Below are positions 53,302 to 64,000 of a DNA stretch of 64,000 nt, piece by piece (position 1 is the first letter of the stretch; every line of letters begins with the position of its first letter). The DNA comes from an uncultured Legionellales bacterium (lineage in GTDB: Bacteria > Pseudomonadota > Gammaproteobacteria > Eutrophobiales > Eutrophobiaceae). The notes below the pieces were generated by a model. It searched no databases. It was not told the DNA's origin and saw nothing but the letters and a program-made list of their open reading frames with translations. The DNA is taken from assembly GCA_913046215.1 (NCBI GenBank), contig CAJWRJ010000001.1, forward strand, positions 8,897-72,896, in the 5' to 3' direction. A program made the translations under genes and the position numbers.

Positions 53302-53919
53302 ATGGATCTAAAAATTCAAAAGTCAGGAAAAAAACAAGCGAGCAAAATTAGTGTTGCCGATAATGTTTTTGCAGCTGAGTTTAATGAACCATTAATACAC
53401 CAAGTTTTGATTTCGTATATGGCAGGTTCCCGTTCGGGCACAAAAGCTCATAAATCACGTTCCGAAGTTAGGGGTGGAGGTAGAAAACCATGGAGACAAA
53501 AAGGAACTGGTAGAGCTAGAGCTGGAACTATTCGTAGTCCTTTGTGGCGTGGCGGCGGAGTTACTTTTGCCGCAAAACCTCGTGACTATAGTAAAAAAAT
53601 AAATAAGAAGATGTATAAAGGTGCCATGCGTTCAATTTTTTCTGAGCTTGTAAGACAAGAAAGATTTGTATGTATTGACGAATTCAATGTTGATGATTCT
53701 AAAACGAAATCGGTAAAAGATAAGCTGAGCAAACTTGGTCTCAAGGAAGTTTTAATTATCACTGAAGCATTAACAGAAAACCTATATTTAGGTGCAAGAA
53801 ATATTCCCAAAGTTGATGTAATGGATACCAATGAAATTGATCCGTATTCTTTAATTGGTTTTGAAAAAGTTTTGATAACACAAGCAGCAGTTGAAAAAGT
53901 AGAGGAATGGCTGTCATGA
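53302..53919 (+). CDS. rplD: 50S ribosomal protein L4
   Basis: [14 protein letters not shown]; ATG at 53302 is the likely start. Confidence 0.98.
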   Translation: MDLKIQKSGKKQASKISVADNVFAAEFNEPLIHQVLISYMAGSRSGTKAHKSRSEVRGGGRKPWRQKGTGRARAGTIRSPLWRGGGVTFAAKPRDYSKKINKKMYKGAMRSIFSELVRQERFVCIDEFNVDDSKTKSVKDKLSKLGLKEVLIITEALTENLYLGARNIPKVDVMDTNEIDPYSLIGFEKVLITQAAVEKVEEWLS

Positions 53920-54215
53920 ATGAACAAAAAGTAATGTCAGTGTTGCTAGAACCAAAAGTTACTGAGAAATCTAGCATGATAGGCGAATTGAATAATCAGT
54001 ATGTATTCAAAGTTGTAAAAAGCGCAACAAAGCCTGAGATAAAGAAAGCGGTAGAATTAATGTTCGATGGAGCTGAGGTACAATCAGTTCAAGTATCAAA
54101 TGTAAAAGGTAAAACAAAAACTTTTAAAAGATTTCCTGGTAAACGCGCTAATTGGAAAAAGGCGTATGTTAAATTAAAACCAGGTTTTGATATAGATTTT
54201 ATGGGCAACGGTTAA
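53916..54215 (+). CDS. rplW: 50S ribosomal protein L23
   Basis: P.VTEK, ATKPEIK.AVE, WKKAYV.L; ATGA overlap with rplD. Confidence 0.97.
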   Translation: MNEQKVMSVLLEPKVTEKSSMIGELNNQYVFKVVKSATKPEIKKAVELMFDGAEVQSVQVSNVKGKTKTFKRFPGKRANWKKAYVKLKPGFDIDFMGNG

Positions 54216-54233
54216 ACTGAGGACTTTTAGATT

Positions 54234-55070
54234 ATGGTATTAATGAATCCAAAACCAACATCGGCAGGCCGAAGGTCAATGATCAAGGTTGTTAGTCCTG
54301 AATTATATAAAGGTAAGCCACACGAATCATTGTTGGAGAAAAAAAATAAATCCGCTGGACGAAATAATAATGGCCGAATAACCATTCGTCATCGTGGAGG
54401 TGGCTCAAAACAACGTTATAGATTGATAGATTTTAAAAGAGACAAAGATGGTTTATTAGCTAAAGTTGAGCATGTCGAATATGACCCAAATAGAACCGCT
54501 CACATAGCATTATTGTTATATAAGGATGGCGAAAGGCGTTACATAGTAGCACCTAATGGCATTAAGCCAGGCGATGAAATAATGTCAGGTACAGAGGCAC
54601 CAATACAGACAGGAAATTGTATGCCAATGAGAAATATACCCCTTGGAACAACAATACATTGTATTGAACTTAAACCAGGAGGGGGAGCACAGCTTGCAAG
54701 AAGCGCAGGTGCATCAGCTCAATTAGTTGCAAAAGAAGGGCATTATGTGACCATTAGGTTACGTTCTAGTGAAATGCGAAAAGTCTTATCTGAATGTCGA
54801 GCAACTATTGGCGAAGTTAGTAATACCGAGCATCAATTACGATCCCTAGGTAAAGCTGGAGCAAAAAGATGGAGAGGTGTGCGTCCAACGGTGCGTGGTG
54901 TTGCAATGAATCCGGTTGATCATCCGCATGGAGGAGGAGAGGGCCGCACTTCTGGCGGACGTCACCCTGTCAGTCCATGGGGGACTCCTACAAAGGGCTA
55001 CAAAACAAGAAAAAATAAACGAACAGATAATTTAATTGTTAGAAAAAGAAAATCGCAGAGGGTTAAGTAG
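54234..55070 (+). CDS. rplB: 50S ribosomal protein L2
   Basis: [30 protein letters not shown]. Confidence 0.99.
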   Translation: MVLMNPKPTSAGRRSMIKVVSPELYKGKPHESLLEKKNKSAGRNNNGRITIRHRGGGSKQRYRLIDFKRDKDGLLAKVEHVEYDPNRTAHIALLLYKDGERRYIVAPNGIKPGDEIMSGTEAPIQTGNCMPMRNIPLGTTIHCIELKPGGGAQLARSAGASAQLVAKEGHYVTIRLRSSEMRKVLSECRATIGEVSNTEHQLRSLGKAGAKRWRGVRPTVRGVAMNPVDHPHGGGEGRTSGGRHPVSPWGTPTKGYKTRKNKRTDNLIVRKRKSQRVK

Positions 55071-55339
55071 TGGCACGTTCAATAAAAAAAGGACCCTTTG
55101 TTGATCATCATCTTCTAAAGAAGGTTGAAGTTGCAAAGGAAAGCAATGATAAACGCCCAATTAAAACATGGTCACGACGTTCAATGGTTATGCCCGAGAT
55201 GGTAGGCCTAACAATTGCAATACATAATGGTAGAGATCACGTACCAATATATGTTTCTGAGAATATGGTAGGTCATAAATTAGGGGAATTTGTTTTAACC
55301 AGAACATTTCGCGGCCATGTCGCAGATAAAAAAACATAA
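55070..55339 (+). CDS. rpsS: 30S ribosomal protein S19
   Basis: GTG start; [22 protein letters not shown]. Confidence 0.98.
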   Translation: MARSIKKGPFVDHHLLKKVEVAKESNDKRPIKTWSRRSMVMPEMVGLTIAIHNGRDHVPIYVSENMVGHKLGEFVLTRTFRGHVADKKT

Positions 55340-55357
55340 CTAAAAAATAATTAAAAC

Positions 55358-55699
55358 ATGACAACATCAGCAACATTAAAATTTACACATTTGTCGCCAC
55401 AAAAAATGCGCTTAGTAGCGGACCAAATACGCGGCATGTCAGCAGATAATGCAGTAACTTTGCTTTCATTTAGTAATAAAAAAGGAGCGAAGATTGTAAA
55501 AAAAGTACTAGAGTCTGCTATTGCAAATGCTGAAAATAATGATGGTGCTGATATTGATGAGCTTAGGGTTGCGGCGATTGAAGTAAATCAAGGCCCAACA
55601 ATGAAGCGACTCCGTCCTCGTGCGAGAGGTCGAGCTGATAGGATTTTAAAAAGAACTAGCCATTTGACCGTGAAAGTTTCGGAAAAGGGAGAAGAATAG
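55358..55699 (+). CDS. rplV: 50S ribosomal protein L22
   Basis: [27 protein letters not shown]. Confidence 0.98.
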   Translation: MTTSATLKFTHLSPQKMRLVADQIRGMSADNAVTLLSFSNKKGAKIVKKVLESAIANAENNDGADIDELRVAAIEVNQGPTMKRLRPRARGRADRILKRTSHLTVKVSEKGEE

Positions 55700-55704
55700 C
55701 TACT

Positions 55705-56391
55705 ATGGGTCAGAAAGTACATCCAACTGGAATACGTCTAGGAATAATAAAAGACTGGACCTCAACTTGGTATGCAGACACTAAGAATTATGCCAATTAT
55801 CTAAATGCCGATATTAAAGTACGTGACTACCTTAGAAAGAAGTTAGCAAATGCATCGGTAAGTCGTATTCAGATTGAAAGACCAGCGGGTAATGCAAGAG
55901 TGATTATTTATACAGCACGTCCTGGGATTGTAATTGGTAAGAAAGGAGAAGATATAGAGCGTCTGCGTCTAGAAGTTTCAAAAATGATGGGAGTACCAAC
56001 ACATGTTAGCGTTGAAGAGATTCGTAAACCTGAGTTAGATGCCTTCCTTGTTGCGGAGAGTGTAGCGCAGCAGATTGAGAGACGTATTATGTTTAGAAGA
56101 GCGATGAAACGTGCTGTTACTAATACAATGCGTTTAGGTGCTGAAGGCATTAAGATCACAGTAAGCGGCAGATTAAACGGCGCTGAAATTGCAAGAACTG
56201 AGTGGTATAGAGAAGGTCGAGTGCCACTTCATACTCTTCGTGCCGATATAGATTATGCAACAAAAGAAGCTACAACAACATATGGCATAATTGGAGTAAA
56301 AGTATGGCTTTTTAAAGGCGAGATTTTTGGTTACGAAAAAGATAAAGAAGAACAAGTTCAAAACGAAGTAAATAAAACTAATAAAGATTAG
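55705..56391 (+). CDS. rpsC: 30S ribosomal protein S3
   Basis: [34 protein letters not shown]. Confidence 0.99.
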   Translation: MGQKVHPTGIRLGIIKDWTSTWYADTKNYANYLNADIKVRDYLRKKLANASVSRIQIERPAGNARVIIYTARPGIVIGKKGEDIERLRLEVSKMMGVPTHVSVEEIRKPELDAFLVAESVAQQIERRIMFRRAMKRAVTNTMRLGAEGIKITVSGRLNGAEIARTEWYREGRVPLHTLRADIDYATKEATTTYGIIGVKVWLFKGEIFGYEKDKEEQVQNEVNKTNKD

Positions 56392-56400
56392 GAATAAAAA

Positions 56401-56814
56401 GTGTTACAACCAAAAAGAACAAAATTTAGAAAACAAAGCAAATTAAGAAATCGTGGTTTAGCCACGACTGGTAACAAAGTTAGCTTTGGAGAATATGGTC
56501 TAAAAGCTGTTGGCAGAGGGCGAATAACTGCACGTCAAATAGAAGCAGCTAGGCGTGCCTTAACGCGTAAGGTAAAACGTGGGGCAAAAGTATGGATCAG
56601 GATATTTCCAGATAAACCCATTACAAAAAAACCTCTGGAAGTTCGACAAGGTAAAGGTAAAGGAAGTGTTGAATATTGGGTTGCACAAATTCAACCTGGA
56701 AGGATGCTCTATGAAATGGAGGGTGTAACCGAGGAACTAGCACGGGAAGCTTTTGAGCTTGCTTCAGCTAAATTACCAATTAAAACAACTTTTGTAACGA
56801 GGACATTATTGTAA
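56401..56814 (+). CDS. rplP: 50S ribosomal protein L16
   Basis: GTG start; [25 protein letters not shown]. Confidence 0.98.
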   Translation: MLQPKRTKFRKQSKLRNRGLATTGNKVSFGEYGLKAVGRGRITARQIEAARRALTRKVKRGAKVWIRIFPDKPITKKPLEVRQGKGKGSVEYWVAQIQPGRMLYEMEGVTEELAREAFELASAKLPIKTTFVTRTLL

Positions 56815-57023
56815 TGAAAACATCTGAATTAAGAGAAAAAACAGATGAAGAGTTGCAAAGTCTTCTAACTGAAGAATTGCGTTCTCAATTCAATTTACGA
56901 ATGAGAAAAGGCACGGGACAGCTGGATAAACCAAGTGAAATAAAAAAAACAAGAAGAAATATAGCTAGAATAAACACCATTCTTAATGAAAATAAAGCTT
57001 CTATAGATAAGGAAAAAATATGA
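56814..57023 (+). CDS. rpmC: 50S ribosomal protein L29
   Basis: MK.SELR, QFNLRM..GTGQL, RRNIARI.T. Confidence 0.97.
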   Translation: MKTSELREKTDEELQSLLTEELRSQFNLRMRKGTGQLDKPSEIKKTRRNIARINTILNENKASIDKEKI

Positions 57024-57286
57024 GCGATGAAAACCTAAAAACAAAGACAGTAACTGGAACAGTTACTAGTTCAAGAATGGATAAAACAATTTCGGTATGT
57101 ATAGAAAGAACTGTAAAACATCCACTTTATGGTAAATATATTAGGCGTTCGACTAAAGTAATGGCGCATGATGAAGTAAATGAGTGTGGTGAGGGCGATG
57201 TGGTCATAATTGAATCATCAAGACCATTATCAAAAAATAAATCTTGGCGTTTACAAAAGATTGTTTCTAAGGCGCAAATTGTCTAA
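57020..57286 (+). CDS. rpsQ: 30S ribosomal protein S17
   Basis: MDKTI, KHPLYGK, AHDE, RPLSK.K.W. Confidence 0.98.
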   Translation: MSDENLKTKTVTGTVTSSRMDKTISVCIERTVKHPLYGKYIRRSTKVMAHDEVNECGEGDVVIIESSRPLSKNKSWRLQKIVSKAQIV

Positions 57287-57307
57287 AGATAACGGGTTGA
57301 AATATTA

Positions 57308-57676
57308 ATGATACAAATGCAAACAATACTTGATGCAGCTGATAATAGCGGAGCTCGTCGTCTGATGTGCGTGAAAGTCTTGGGTGGTTCAAAACGCCGA
57401 TATGCTAATGTCGGCGATGTTATTAAAGTAAGTATTAAGGAGGCAATCCCGCGCGGGAAAGTAAAAAAAGGAGATGTTTATAATGCTGTTGTTGTACGAA
57501 CTCGAAAAGGGGTTCGACGAGGGGATGGTTCGTTAATACGTTTTGATGGCAACGCAGCGGTGCTACTAAATTCTCAATTACAACCTGTGGGCACACGTAT
57601 TTTTGGTCCAGTAACAAGAGAGTTACGAGGACTAAAATTCATGAAAATTGTTTCTCTAGCACCAGAGGTATTGTAA
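57308..57676 (+). CDS. rplN: 50S ribosomal protein L14
   Basis: [31 protein letters not shown]. Confidence 0.99.
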   Translation: MIQMQTILDAADNSGARRLMCVKVLGGSKRRYANVGDVIKVSIKEAIPRGKVKKGDVYNAVVVRTRKGVRRGDGSLIRFDGNAAVLLNSQLQPVGTRIFGPVTRELRGLKFMKIVSLAPEVL

Positions 57677-57678
57677 AA

Positions 57679-57999
57679 ATGAGTCGTCTAAAGAAAGGTG
57701 ATGAAGTAATAGTTATAGCTGGTCGAGATAAAGGTAAAAGAGGTGTCGTTTTATCTGTATTGAATGATGTAAATAAACTAATTATTGAAAATGTAAATAT
57801 GATAAAACGGCATACAAAAGGAAACCCATCACAAGGAACTCCAGGCGGTATTGTTGAAAAAGAATCGCCTATAGATCAATCAAATGTTGCAATCTGGAAC
57901 TCAATTAGTAATAAACAAGATAGAGTTGGTTACAAATATTTAGAGGATGGTCAGAAAGTTCGATATTTTAAGTCAAACAAAGAAGTAGTAGATGTATAG
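57679..57999 (+). CDS. rplX: 50S ribosomal protein L24
   Basis: [28 protein letters not shown]. Confidence 0.98.
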   Translation: MSRLKKGDEVIVIAGRDKGKRGVVLSVLNDVNKLIIENVNMIKRHTKGNPSQGTPGGIVEKESPIDQSNVAIWNSISNKQDRVGYKYLEDGQKVRYFKSNKEVVDV

Positions 58000-58011
58000 G
58001 AATTTTTAGAT

Positions 58012-58551
58012 ATGGCTACATTATTTGAACATTATAAAAAAAATATAACTAAAGAATTGACCAAACAGTTCGGGTATAAGTCCTGTATGCAAATTCCAAA
58101 AATAACCAAGGTTACATTAAACATGGGTTTAGGAGAATCAGTTGCTGATAAAAAAATAATTGAAAACGCAGTGAATGATATGACAAAGATTGCTGGACAA
58201 AAACCAGTTGTGACAAAGGCTAGAAAGTCTATTGCTAATTTTAAAGTACGTGAGGGTTGGCCGATAGGATGTAAAGTTACTCTCAGGCGTGAACGCATGT
58301 ATGAATTTTTAGAGCGTTTAATTACAATAGCCATACCTCGTATTAGAGACTTTCGTGGGCTCAATTCTAAGTCATTTGATGGGCGTGGTAATTACAGCAT
58401 AGGAATAAAAGAGCAAATCATTTTTCCCGAAATTGATTTCGATAAAATTGATTCAATTCGAGGAATTGATATTACAATAACTACATCAGCTCGAACAAAT
58501 GAAGAAGCATTAGCGTTATTAACATCATTTAAATTACCAATAAGGACTTAA
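58012..58551 (+). CDS. rplE: 50S ribosomal protein L5
   Basis: [35 protein letters not shown]. Confidence 0.99.
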   Translation: MATLFEHYKKNITKELTKQFGYKSCMQIPKITKVTLNMGLGESVADKKIIENAVNDMTKIAGQKPVVTKARKSIANFKVREGWPIGCKVTLRRERMYEFLERLITIAIPRIRDFRGLNSKSFDGRGNYSIGIKEQIIFPEIDFDKIDSIRGIDITITTSARTNEEALALLTSFKLPIRT

Positions 58552-58563
58552 GGATTATTTGAT

Positions 58564-58869
58564 ATGGCAAAATCATGCATGGTTAATCGCGAAATAAAAA
58601 GGATGCGTATGGTCAATAAATTTTCTTCAAAAAGAACAGAATTAAAAGCCATTGTTAAAAATACTTCATTGAGTGATGACGAACGTAGGGATGCTAGAGA
58701 GAAATTAAATAAGTTACCTAGAGATGCAAATCCTATACGTATGCGAAATCGTTGTGCAATTACTGGTCGAGCTCATGGATATTATAGGAAATTTGGTTTG
58801 TCACGTAACAAATTGCGGGAAGCAGCTATGCGTGGCGATATACCAGGTTTAGTTAAAGCAAGCTGGTAA
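58564..58869 (+). CDS. rpsN: 30S ribosomal protein S14 (long, zinc-independent type)
   Basis: LPRD..P.R.RNRC..TGR, RKFGLSR, PGL.KASW. Confidence 0.98.
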   Translation: MAKSCMVNREIKRMRMVNKFSSKRTELKAIVKNTSLSDDERRDAREKLNKLPRDANPIRMRNRCAITGRAHGYYRKFGLSRNKLREAAMRGDIPGLVKASW

Positions 58870-58893
58870 GCAAATGAAAGAGAGATATATAAA

Positions 58894-59289
58894 ATGACTA
58901 TGTCAGACCCAATTTCAGATATGTTGACGCGTATTCGTAATTCACTACAACGCAACAAAAGCGATGTGAGCATTCCATCGTCAAAACTAAAGATTGCTAT
59001 AGCAAATATACTCAAGCAAGAAGGTTATATTACTGATTATAGAGTTGAAGAAAATGAGAATAAGATGTCACTTATAATTGAATTAAAATATTTTCAAGGT
59101 AAGCCAGTTATAGAATCAATAGAACGTGTTAGCCGTCCAAGTCTTCGTTCATACAAATCATTTAGTGATTTACCAAAAGTAATGGGTGGTCTTGGTGTGG
59201 CAATTATTTCCACCGCAAAAGGTGTTATGACTGACAAGTCAGCAAGAGAACAAGGTATTGGCGGCGAAGTTTTGTGTTATATATCATAA
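58894..59289 (+). CDS. rpsH: 30S ribosomal protein S8
   Basis: [28 protein letters not shown]. Confidence 0.98.
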   Translation: MTMSDPISDMLTRIRNSLQRNKSDVSIPSSKLKIAIANILKQEGYITDYRVEENENKMSLIIELKYFQGKPVIESIERVSRPSLRSYKSFSDLPKVMGGLGVAIISTAKGVMTDKSAREQGIGGEVLCYIS

Positions 59290-59306
59290 ATATGAATAAA
59301 TAAACT

Positions 59307-59840
59307 ATGTCTAGAATAGCAAACAATCCAATAACAATACCTTCAGGCGTTGAAGTCAATATATCTGGAGATATTGTAACAATTAAGGGGAGTAAAGGAG
59401 AATTAACACATAATATTCATCCGCTCATAAAGCTTGAGCAGTCAGATGACGTTATAAAAACACTTGTTAAAAATAATAGTAAGTTTGCTAAAGCTCTTTC
59501 AGGGACAACGCGCGCTCTTATTCAAAATATAATAACAGGCGTTAGCGAAGGTTTTGAACGTAAACTTGAAATTACTGGAGTGGGGTATCGTGCGGCTGTT
59601 TCTGGTAAAGCATTAAACTTAACTTTAGGGTTTTCTCATCCAATTGCATTTAATATTCCAGAGGGAATTACAATTGAGACACCCAGTCAAACTGAAATAG
59701 TCATCAAAGGAAATAATAAACAACAAGTAGGGCAAGTTGCTGCAAATATCAGAGCATTCAGACCACCTGAGCCTTATAAAGGAAAAGGTGTTCGTTATTC
59801 TGATGAGAGAATTGTACGTAAAGAGGCTAAAAAGAGTTAA
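59307..59840 (+). CDS. rplF: 50S ribosomal protein L6
   Basis: MSRIA, GVGYRA, LGFSHP, PPEPYKGKGVRY. Confidence 0.98.
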   Translation: MSRIANNPITIPSGVEVNISGDIVTIKGSKGELTHNIHPLIKLEQSDDVIKTLVKNNSKFAKALSGTTRALIQNIITGVSEGFERKLEITGVGYRAAVSGKALNLTLGFSHPIAFNIPEGITIETPSQTEIVIKGNNKQQVGQVAANIRAFRPPEPYKGKGVRYSDERIVRKEAKKS

Positions 59841-59846
59841 ATAATT

Positions 59847-60200
59847 ATGAGTAAAAAAGTAGATAGACTAAGGCGCGCAAAAAAAACTCGTGCAAGAATT
59901 AGAAGGCTTGGCTCGGATCGCTTATGTGTGCATAAAACATCAAGACATGTTTATGCGCAAGTAATTTCATCAAATACTTCGCAGGTAATAGCTAGCGCCT
60001 CGAGTCTTGATAAAGAGATCAAGAGTCAAATTAAATATACTGGAAATATTGAAGCAGCAAGTATTGTTGGTGGAGTGTTAGCTGAACGCGCCAAAAAGGC
60101 AGGTGTAAAAAAAGTTGCTTTCGATCGTTCTGGATTTAAGTTCCATGGACGTATACAAGCACTCGCTAATGCTGCGCGTGAAAATGGCTTAGAATTTTAA
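59847..60200 (+). CDS. rplR: 50S ribosomal protein L18
   Basis: RL.VH.T.RH.YAQ, FDRSGF.FHGR..ALA..ARE.GL.F. Confidence 0.98.
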   Translation: MSKKVDRLRRAKKTRARIRRLGSDRLCVHKTSRHVYAQVISSNTSQVIASASSLDKEIKSQIKYTGNIEAASIVGGVLAERAKKAGVKKVAFDRSGFKFHGRIQALANAARENGLEF

Positions 60201-60211
60201 GGAAAGATCTT

Positions 60212-60718
60212 ATGAAATTAGAAAATTCAATAACGGGAAATGAAGACCTCCAAGAAAAACTTGTAGCAGTTAATAGAGTTGCAAAAGTAGTTAAAGGCGG
60301 TCGACAGTTTGGTTTTGCAGCATTAACTGTTGTTGGTGATGGCAATGGGCGCGTTGGTATAGGGCGCGGAAAATCAAGAGAAGTTCCTTTAGCTATCCAA
60401 AAAGCAATGGAAGATGCCCGTCGTAGCATGATTTCTGTTTCTGTTAATGACGGAACACTTCAGTACGCAATTACTTCAGAGTACGGAGCAGCAAAGGTTT
60501 ATATGCAGCCAGCATCAGAAGGTACAGGAATTATTGCTGGCGGCCCTATGAGAGCCGTTTTTGAAGTTGTTGGGATAAATAATGTTTTAGCAAAATCAAT
60601 TGGATCAACAAATCCAATAAATGTAATTCGAGCAACTATAAAAGGCCTTGAGTTAATGTCGTCACCAAAATATGTTGCTGAAAAACGTGGTAAATCAATA
60701 GAAGAAATTATTAGTTGA
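60212..60718 (+). CDS. rpsE: 30S ribosomal protein S5
   Basis: [33 protein letters not shown]. Confidence 0.98.
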   Translation: MKLENSITGNEDLQEKLVAVNRVAKVVKGGRQFGFAALTVVGDGNGRVGIGRGKSREVPLAIQKAMEDARRSMISVSVNDGTLQYAITSEYGAAKVYMQPASEGTGIIAGGPMRAVFEVVGINNVLAKSIGSTNPINVIRATIKGLELMSSPKYVAEKRGKSIEEIIS

Positions 60719-60719
60719 T

Positions 60720-60923
60720 ATGGCAAAGAAGAAGAAAAAAAATAGTAAATTAAAGGTGACACTGGTTAAAAGTATAAATCGCCGAACTAAACAACATAAG
60801 TCATGTATAGGTGGACTTGGTTTGCGTCGTATTGGTCATAGCGTGCTAATTGATGACACTCCAGAAGTAAGAGGTATGATAAATAAGGCGTCCTACTTAC
60901 TTTCTGTTGAGGAGGATAATTAA
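60720..60923 (+). CDS. rpmD: 50S ribosomal protein L30
   Basis: KVTLVKS, GLGLRRI.H.V...DTP.VRGMI. Confidence 0.97.
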   Translation: MAKKKKKNSKLKVTLVKSINRRTKQHKSCIGGLGLRRIGHSVLIDDTPEVRGMINKASYLLSVEEDN

Positions 60924-60927
60924 AGTA

Positions 60928-61362
60928 ATGCGTTTAAATACCTTAAAACCTAATCAGGGCTCAACTTCAAGTAGTAAAAGACCAGGTCGTGGTATTGGGT
61001 CAACTATAGGAAAAACAGGTGGGCGTGGCCACAAAGGTCAAAAATCTCGTGCTGGAGGTTACCATAAAGTTGGTTTCGAGGGCGGTCAAATGCCTTTACA
61101 ACGTCGTTTGCCAAAAGTTGGATTTAGTTCCCGTGTTAGTCGAATTACAGCAGAGATAAGACTGCATGAGCTCGCTAATCTTGATGTTGAAACCATTGAT
61201 ATTGGGGCACTCAAATCGGCACGATTGATTAACAAAAACATACAACGGGTGAAGATTATTTTATCTGGGAAAATAGAAAAAAAATTAAACACTAAAGGTC
61301 TAATGGTTACAAAAGGAGCAAAAAATGCTATTGAAAGTGCCGGAGGAAAAGTAGAGGATTAA
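60928..61362 (+). CDS. rplO: 50S ribosomal protein L15
   Basis: [36 protein letters not shown]; ATG at 60928. Confidence 0.98.
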   Translation: MRLNTLKPNQGSTSSSKRPGRGIGSTIGKTGGRGHKGQKSRAGGYHKVGFEGGQMPLQRRLPKVGFSSRVSRITAEIRLHELANLDVETIDIGALKSARLINKNIQRVKIILSGKIEKKLNTKGLMVTKGAKNAIESAGGKVED

Positions 61363-62706
61363 ATGGCCACATCTACCTCAACACTCCCTGGAGGCTTAGC
61401 TGGTCTGGGAAAATTAAAAGAGCTGAGACAAAGACTCTTTTTTGTACTGGTGGCGCTATTTGTTTACAGGGTTGCCACACATATCCCTGTGCCTGGAATA
61501 AACCCCATAGCATTGGCAGAGTTATTCAATCAGCAGCGAGGGACTATATTAGATATGTTTAACATGTTTTCAGGCGGGGCTTTAAGTCGATTCTCTGTAG
61601 TTGCTCTTGGTATTATGCCATATATATCAGCATCAATTATTATGCAATTACTGTCAGTTGTTGATCCAAAATTAAAACAATTAAAAAAAGAGGGTGAATC
61701 AGGCAGAAGAAAGATAACTCAATACACTCGCTATGGCACTGTTTTTCTAGCAACCTTTCAGGCTTTTGGTGTCGCAATTGCTCTTGAGGGCCAACAAGCA
61801 TCGGGGCAAGCGGTAGTGATGGACCCAGGCGTTGGTTTTAGGGTTGTTGCTATCACTACATTGGTAACAGGCACAATGTTTTTAATGTGGTTAGGCGAGC
61901 AAATAACTGAACGTGGAGTTGGCAATGGTATTTCCATGATAATTTTCGCTGGTATTGTTGCGGGCTTACCTTCAGCAATTGGTGGAACATTAGAGTTATC
62001 TAGAACAGGCGAAATGCATTTATTGGCAGTTTTTGCATTGTTTGCGTTAGCAATAGCGGTTACTGGTTTTGTAGTTTTTGTTGAAAGAGGCCAAAGAAGA
62101 ATAACTGTTAATTATGCTAAGAGACAAGTCGGTAGAAAAATGTATGGTGGGCAGGCAAGTCACTTACCATTAAAACTGAATATGGCCGGAGTGATCCCAC
62201 CAATATTTGCATCAAGTTTGATACTGTTTCCTGCTACTATTGCAGGCTGGTTTAGTCAGACTGAAGGAATGAATTGGTTGCAGGACTTTGCAACAACATT
62301 ATCGCCAGGTCAGCCGATTTATGTATTGTGTTATGCAGCTGGAATCATTTTTTTCTGTTTTTTCTATACCGCAATGGTATTTGATCCTCGAGAAACTGCG
62401 GATAATTTAAAGAAATCAGGAGCATTTATTCCAGGCATGAGACCAGGCGAACAAACAGCAAATTATCTTGATAAAGTATTAACAAAACTGACTCTAGCAG
62501 GCGCTGTATATATTACATTTGTTTGCTTATTACCCGAATTTTTAATTGTTAAATTCAATGTGCCATTTTATTTTGGTGGAACATCATTATTAATTATTGT
62601 TGTAGTAGTTATGGATTTTATGTCGCAAATACAGGCTCATTTAATGTCCCATCAATATGAAGGATTAATGAAAAAAGCTAATCTTAAAGGACATGGAAAA
62701 CGTTAA
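61363..62706 (+). CDS. secY: Preprotein translocase SecY
   Basis: [48 protein letters not shown]. Confidence 0.99.
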   Translation: MATSTSTLPGGLAGLGKLKELRQRLFFVLVALFVYRVATHIPVPGINPIALAELFNQQRGTILDMFNMFSGGALSRFSVVALGIMPYISASIIMQLLSVVDPKLKQLKKEGESGRRKITQYTRYGTVFLATFQAFGVAIALEGQQASGQAVVMDPGVGFRVVAITTLVTGTMFLMWLGEQITERGVGNGISMIIFAGIVAGLPSAIGGTLELSRTGEMHLLAVFALFALAIAVTGFVVFVERGQRRITVNYAKRQVGRKMYGGQASHLPLKLNMAGVIPPIFASSLILFPATIAGWFSQTEGMNWLQDFATTLSPGQPIYVLCYAAGIIFFCFFYTAMVFDPRETADNLKKSGAFIPGMRPGEQTANYLDKVLTKLTLAGAVYITFVCLLPEFLIVKFNVPFYFGGTSLLIIVVVVMDFMSQIQAHLMSHQYEGLMKKANLKGHGKR

Positions 62707-62736
62707 TTCAATGGGCGCTTTGCTTGGAGAAAAAAT

Positions 62737-62850
62737 ATGAAAGTCAGAGCATCAGTTAAGCGGATATGCCGTAATTGTCGAATAATTAGGCGTAATAGAG
62801 TAGTGCGGGTTATTTGTTCAGATCCTCGTCATAAGCAACGACAAGGTTAA
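62737..62850 (+). CDS. rpmJ: 50S ribosomal protein L36 (zinc-ribbon type); not in the ORF track
   Basis: Manual translation [37 protein letters not shown]; GGAG SD upstream. Confidence 0.97.
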   Translation: MKVRASVKRICRNCRIIRRNRVVRVICSDPRHKQRQG

Positions 62851-62873
62851 ATAAAAATGGAGACTATAAATTA

Positions 62874-63230
62874 ATGGCACGTATTGCGGGAGTTAATATA
62901 CCAGATAATAAGCATTTGAATATTGCTTTGACATATATTTATGGAATTGGACTCACACGAGCTCAAAAAATTTGTGATGTCCTTAGTTTAGAATATTCTA
63001 TAAAGGTTAATCAGCTATCAGAAGCTGAATTGGATAACATACGTAGCGAAGTTGCAAAGTTTAATCTTGAAGGTGATTTAAGAAGAGAAGTATCTATAAA
63101 TATTAAACGTTTGATGGATTTAGGTACAAATAGAGGGATTCGTCATCGTCGAGGGCTTCCAGTTAGAGGGCAGCGCACAAGCACTAATGCTCGTACGCGT
63201 AAGGGTCCGAAGAAGATGATTAAGAAATAA
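62874..63230 (+). CDS. rpsM: 30S ribosomal protein S13
   Basis: [33 protein letters not shown]. Confidence 0.99.
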   Translation: MARIAGVNIPDNKHLNIALTYIYGIGLTRAQKICDVLSLEYSIKVNQLSEAELDNIRSEVAKFNLEGDLRREVSINIKRLMDLGTNRGIRHRRGLPVRGQRTSTNARTRKGPKKMIKK

Positions 63231-63249
63231 AATATAGGATTAAAAAATA

Positions 63250-63639
63250 ATGGCTAAAACAGCAACGAAGAGTCGTAAAAAAGTTAAGAAAAATGTCCTT
63301 GATGGCATTGCGCATATCCACGCGTCTTTTAACAATACAATTATTACAATCACAGATAGAGATGGCAATACTCTTTCATGGGCTACTTCGGGCGGCAGTG
63401 GGTTTCGTGGATCACGCAAAAGTACTCCTTTTGCAGCACAGATTGCATCTCAAAAAGCAGGTGAAGCAGCAAAAGAATTTGGTTTGCAAAATTTGGAAGT
63501 TTTTATAAAAGGCCCAGGACCAGGTCGAGAATCTGCAGTCAGAGCATTAAACACGGTTGGTTTTAAAATCACAAATATTACTGATGTAACTCCAATTCCG
63601 CATAATGGGTGTCGTCCACCCAAAAAACGTCGAGTTTAG
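63250..63639 (+). CDS. rpsK: 30S ribosomal protein S11
   Basis: [37 protein letters not shown]. Confidence 0.99.
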   Translation: MAKTATKSRKKVKKNVLDGIAHIHASFNNTIITITDRDGNTLSWATSGGSGFRGSRKSTPFAAQIASQKAGEAAKEFGLQNLEVFIKGPGPGRESAVRALNTVGFKITNITDVTPIPHNGCRPPKKRRV

Positions 63640-63652
63640 TAGGAGTTTTATT

Positions 63653-64000
63653 ATGGCACGTTATCTTGGACCAAAATGTAAGCTTAGTCGACGCGAAGGA
63701 ACAGATTTGTTTTTAAAAAGTCGAGCTAGACCAATAGAAACAAAATGTCAGATTGATAAAACACCTGGTATGGCTACAGCACGGCCAGGAAGAATGTCTG
63801 ACTATGCACTTCAATTAAGAGAAAAACAAAAATTACGTAGAATATATGGTGTGCTAGAAAAGCAATTCCGCAGGTATTATAAAGAAGCGGCAAGGCGAAA
63901 AGGTTCAACAGGTGAAAATTTGCTTCAGATTCTTGAATGTCGATTAGACAATGTTGTATATCGAATGGGTTTTGGATCAACACGCAACGAAGCGCGTCAA
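63653..64000 (+). CDS. rpsD: 30S ribosomal protein S4, 3'-truncated by the window end; not in the ORF track
   Basis: ATG at 63653 after AGGAG: [23 protein letters not shown]...QLREKQK...[15 protein letters not shown]. Confidence 0.97.
   Translation, partial: MARYLGPKCKLSRREGTDLFLKSRARPIETKCQIDKTPGMATARPGRMSDYALQLREKQKLRRIYGVLEKQFRRYYKEAARRKGSTGENLLQILECRLDNVVYRMGFGSTRNEARQ

Noticed and set aside
57995-58045. S8-binding hairpin at the rplX-rplE junction
   Set aside because: Only weak AT-rich pairing is visible and the canonical internal-loop core is not clearly present; cannot be called either way by eye.

Overview
AT-rich (roughly one-third GC, by eye), gene-dense window from a Gammaproteobacterium with a streamlined look; standard genetic code. 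It is almost entirely core genome, with no phage, IS, integron or CRISPR signal. Order: a Dpp/Opp-type ABC importer operon with an embedded signal-peptide-less YkuD protein and nagZ; mscS-dapF-DUF484-xerC; DUF971-ubiE-ubiJ-ubiB; gpmI-envC-ctpA-yibQ (minus); rhodanese-secB-gpsA; trmL; a class 1 pyrD; def-fmt-rsmB-DUF4390-ntrY-ntrX-trkA-trkH (minus); LysM/TsaP-smg-topA-tsaC; tRNA Tyr-Gly-Thr, tuf, tRNA-Trp, secE-nusG-rplKAJL-rpoBC; and a fused str-S10-spc-alpha ribosomal cluster running off the right end in rpsD. The best candidate for an under-described system is the first operon (binding protein + ElsL-like cytoplasmic YkuD enzyme + permeases + NagZ), which looks like an ABC-based peptidoglycan recycling module. 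Other notable points: a long nested-stem RNA leader before rpsL; no tuf after fusA; no room for the S10/spc/alpha leaders; a terminator-like hairpin in the L10 leader; absences from conserved clusters (hslVU, dprA, grxC); a degenerate NtrX ATPase; and a TopA with a tandem-repeat lysine tail. All calls come from motif and synteny recognition without database searches.
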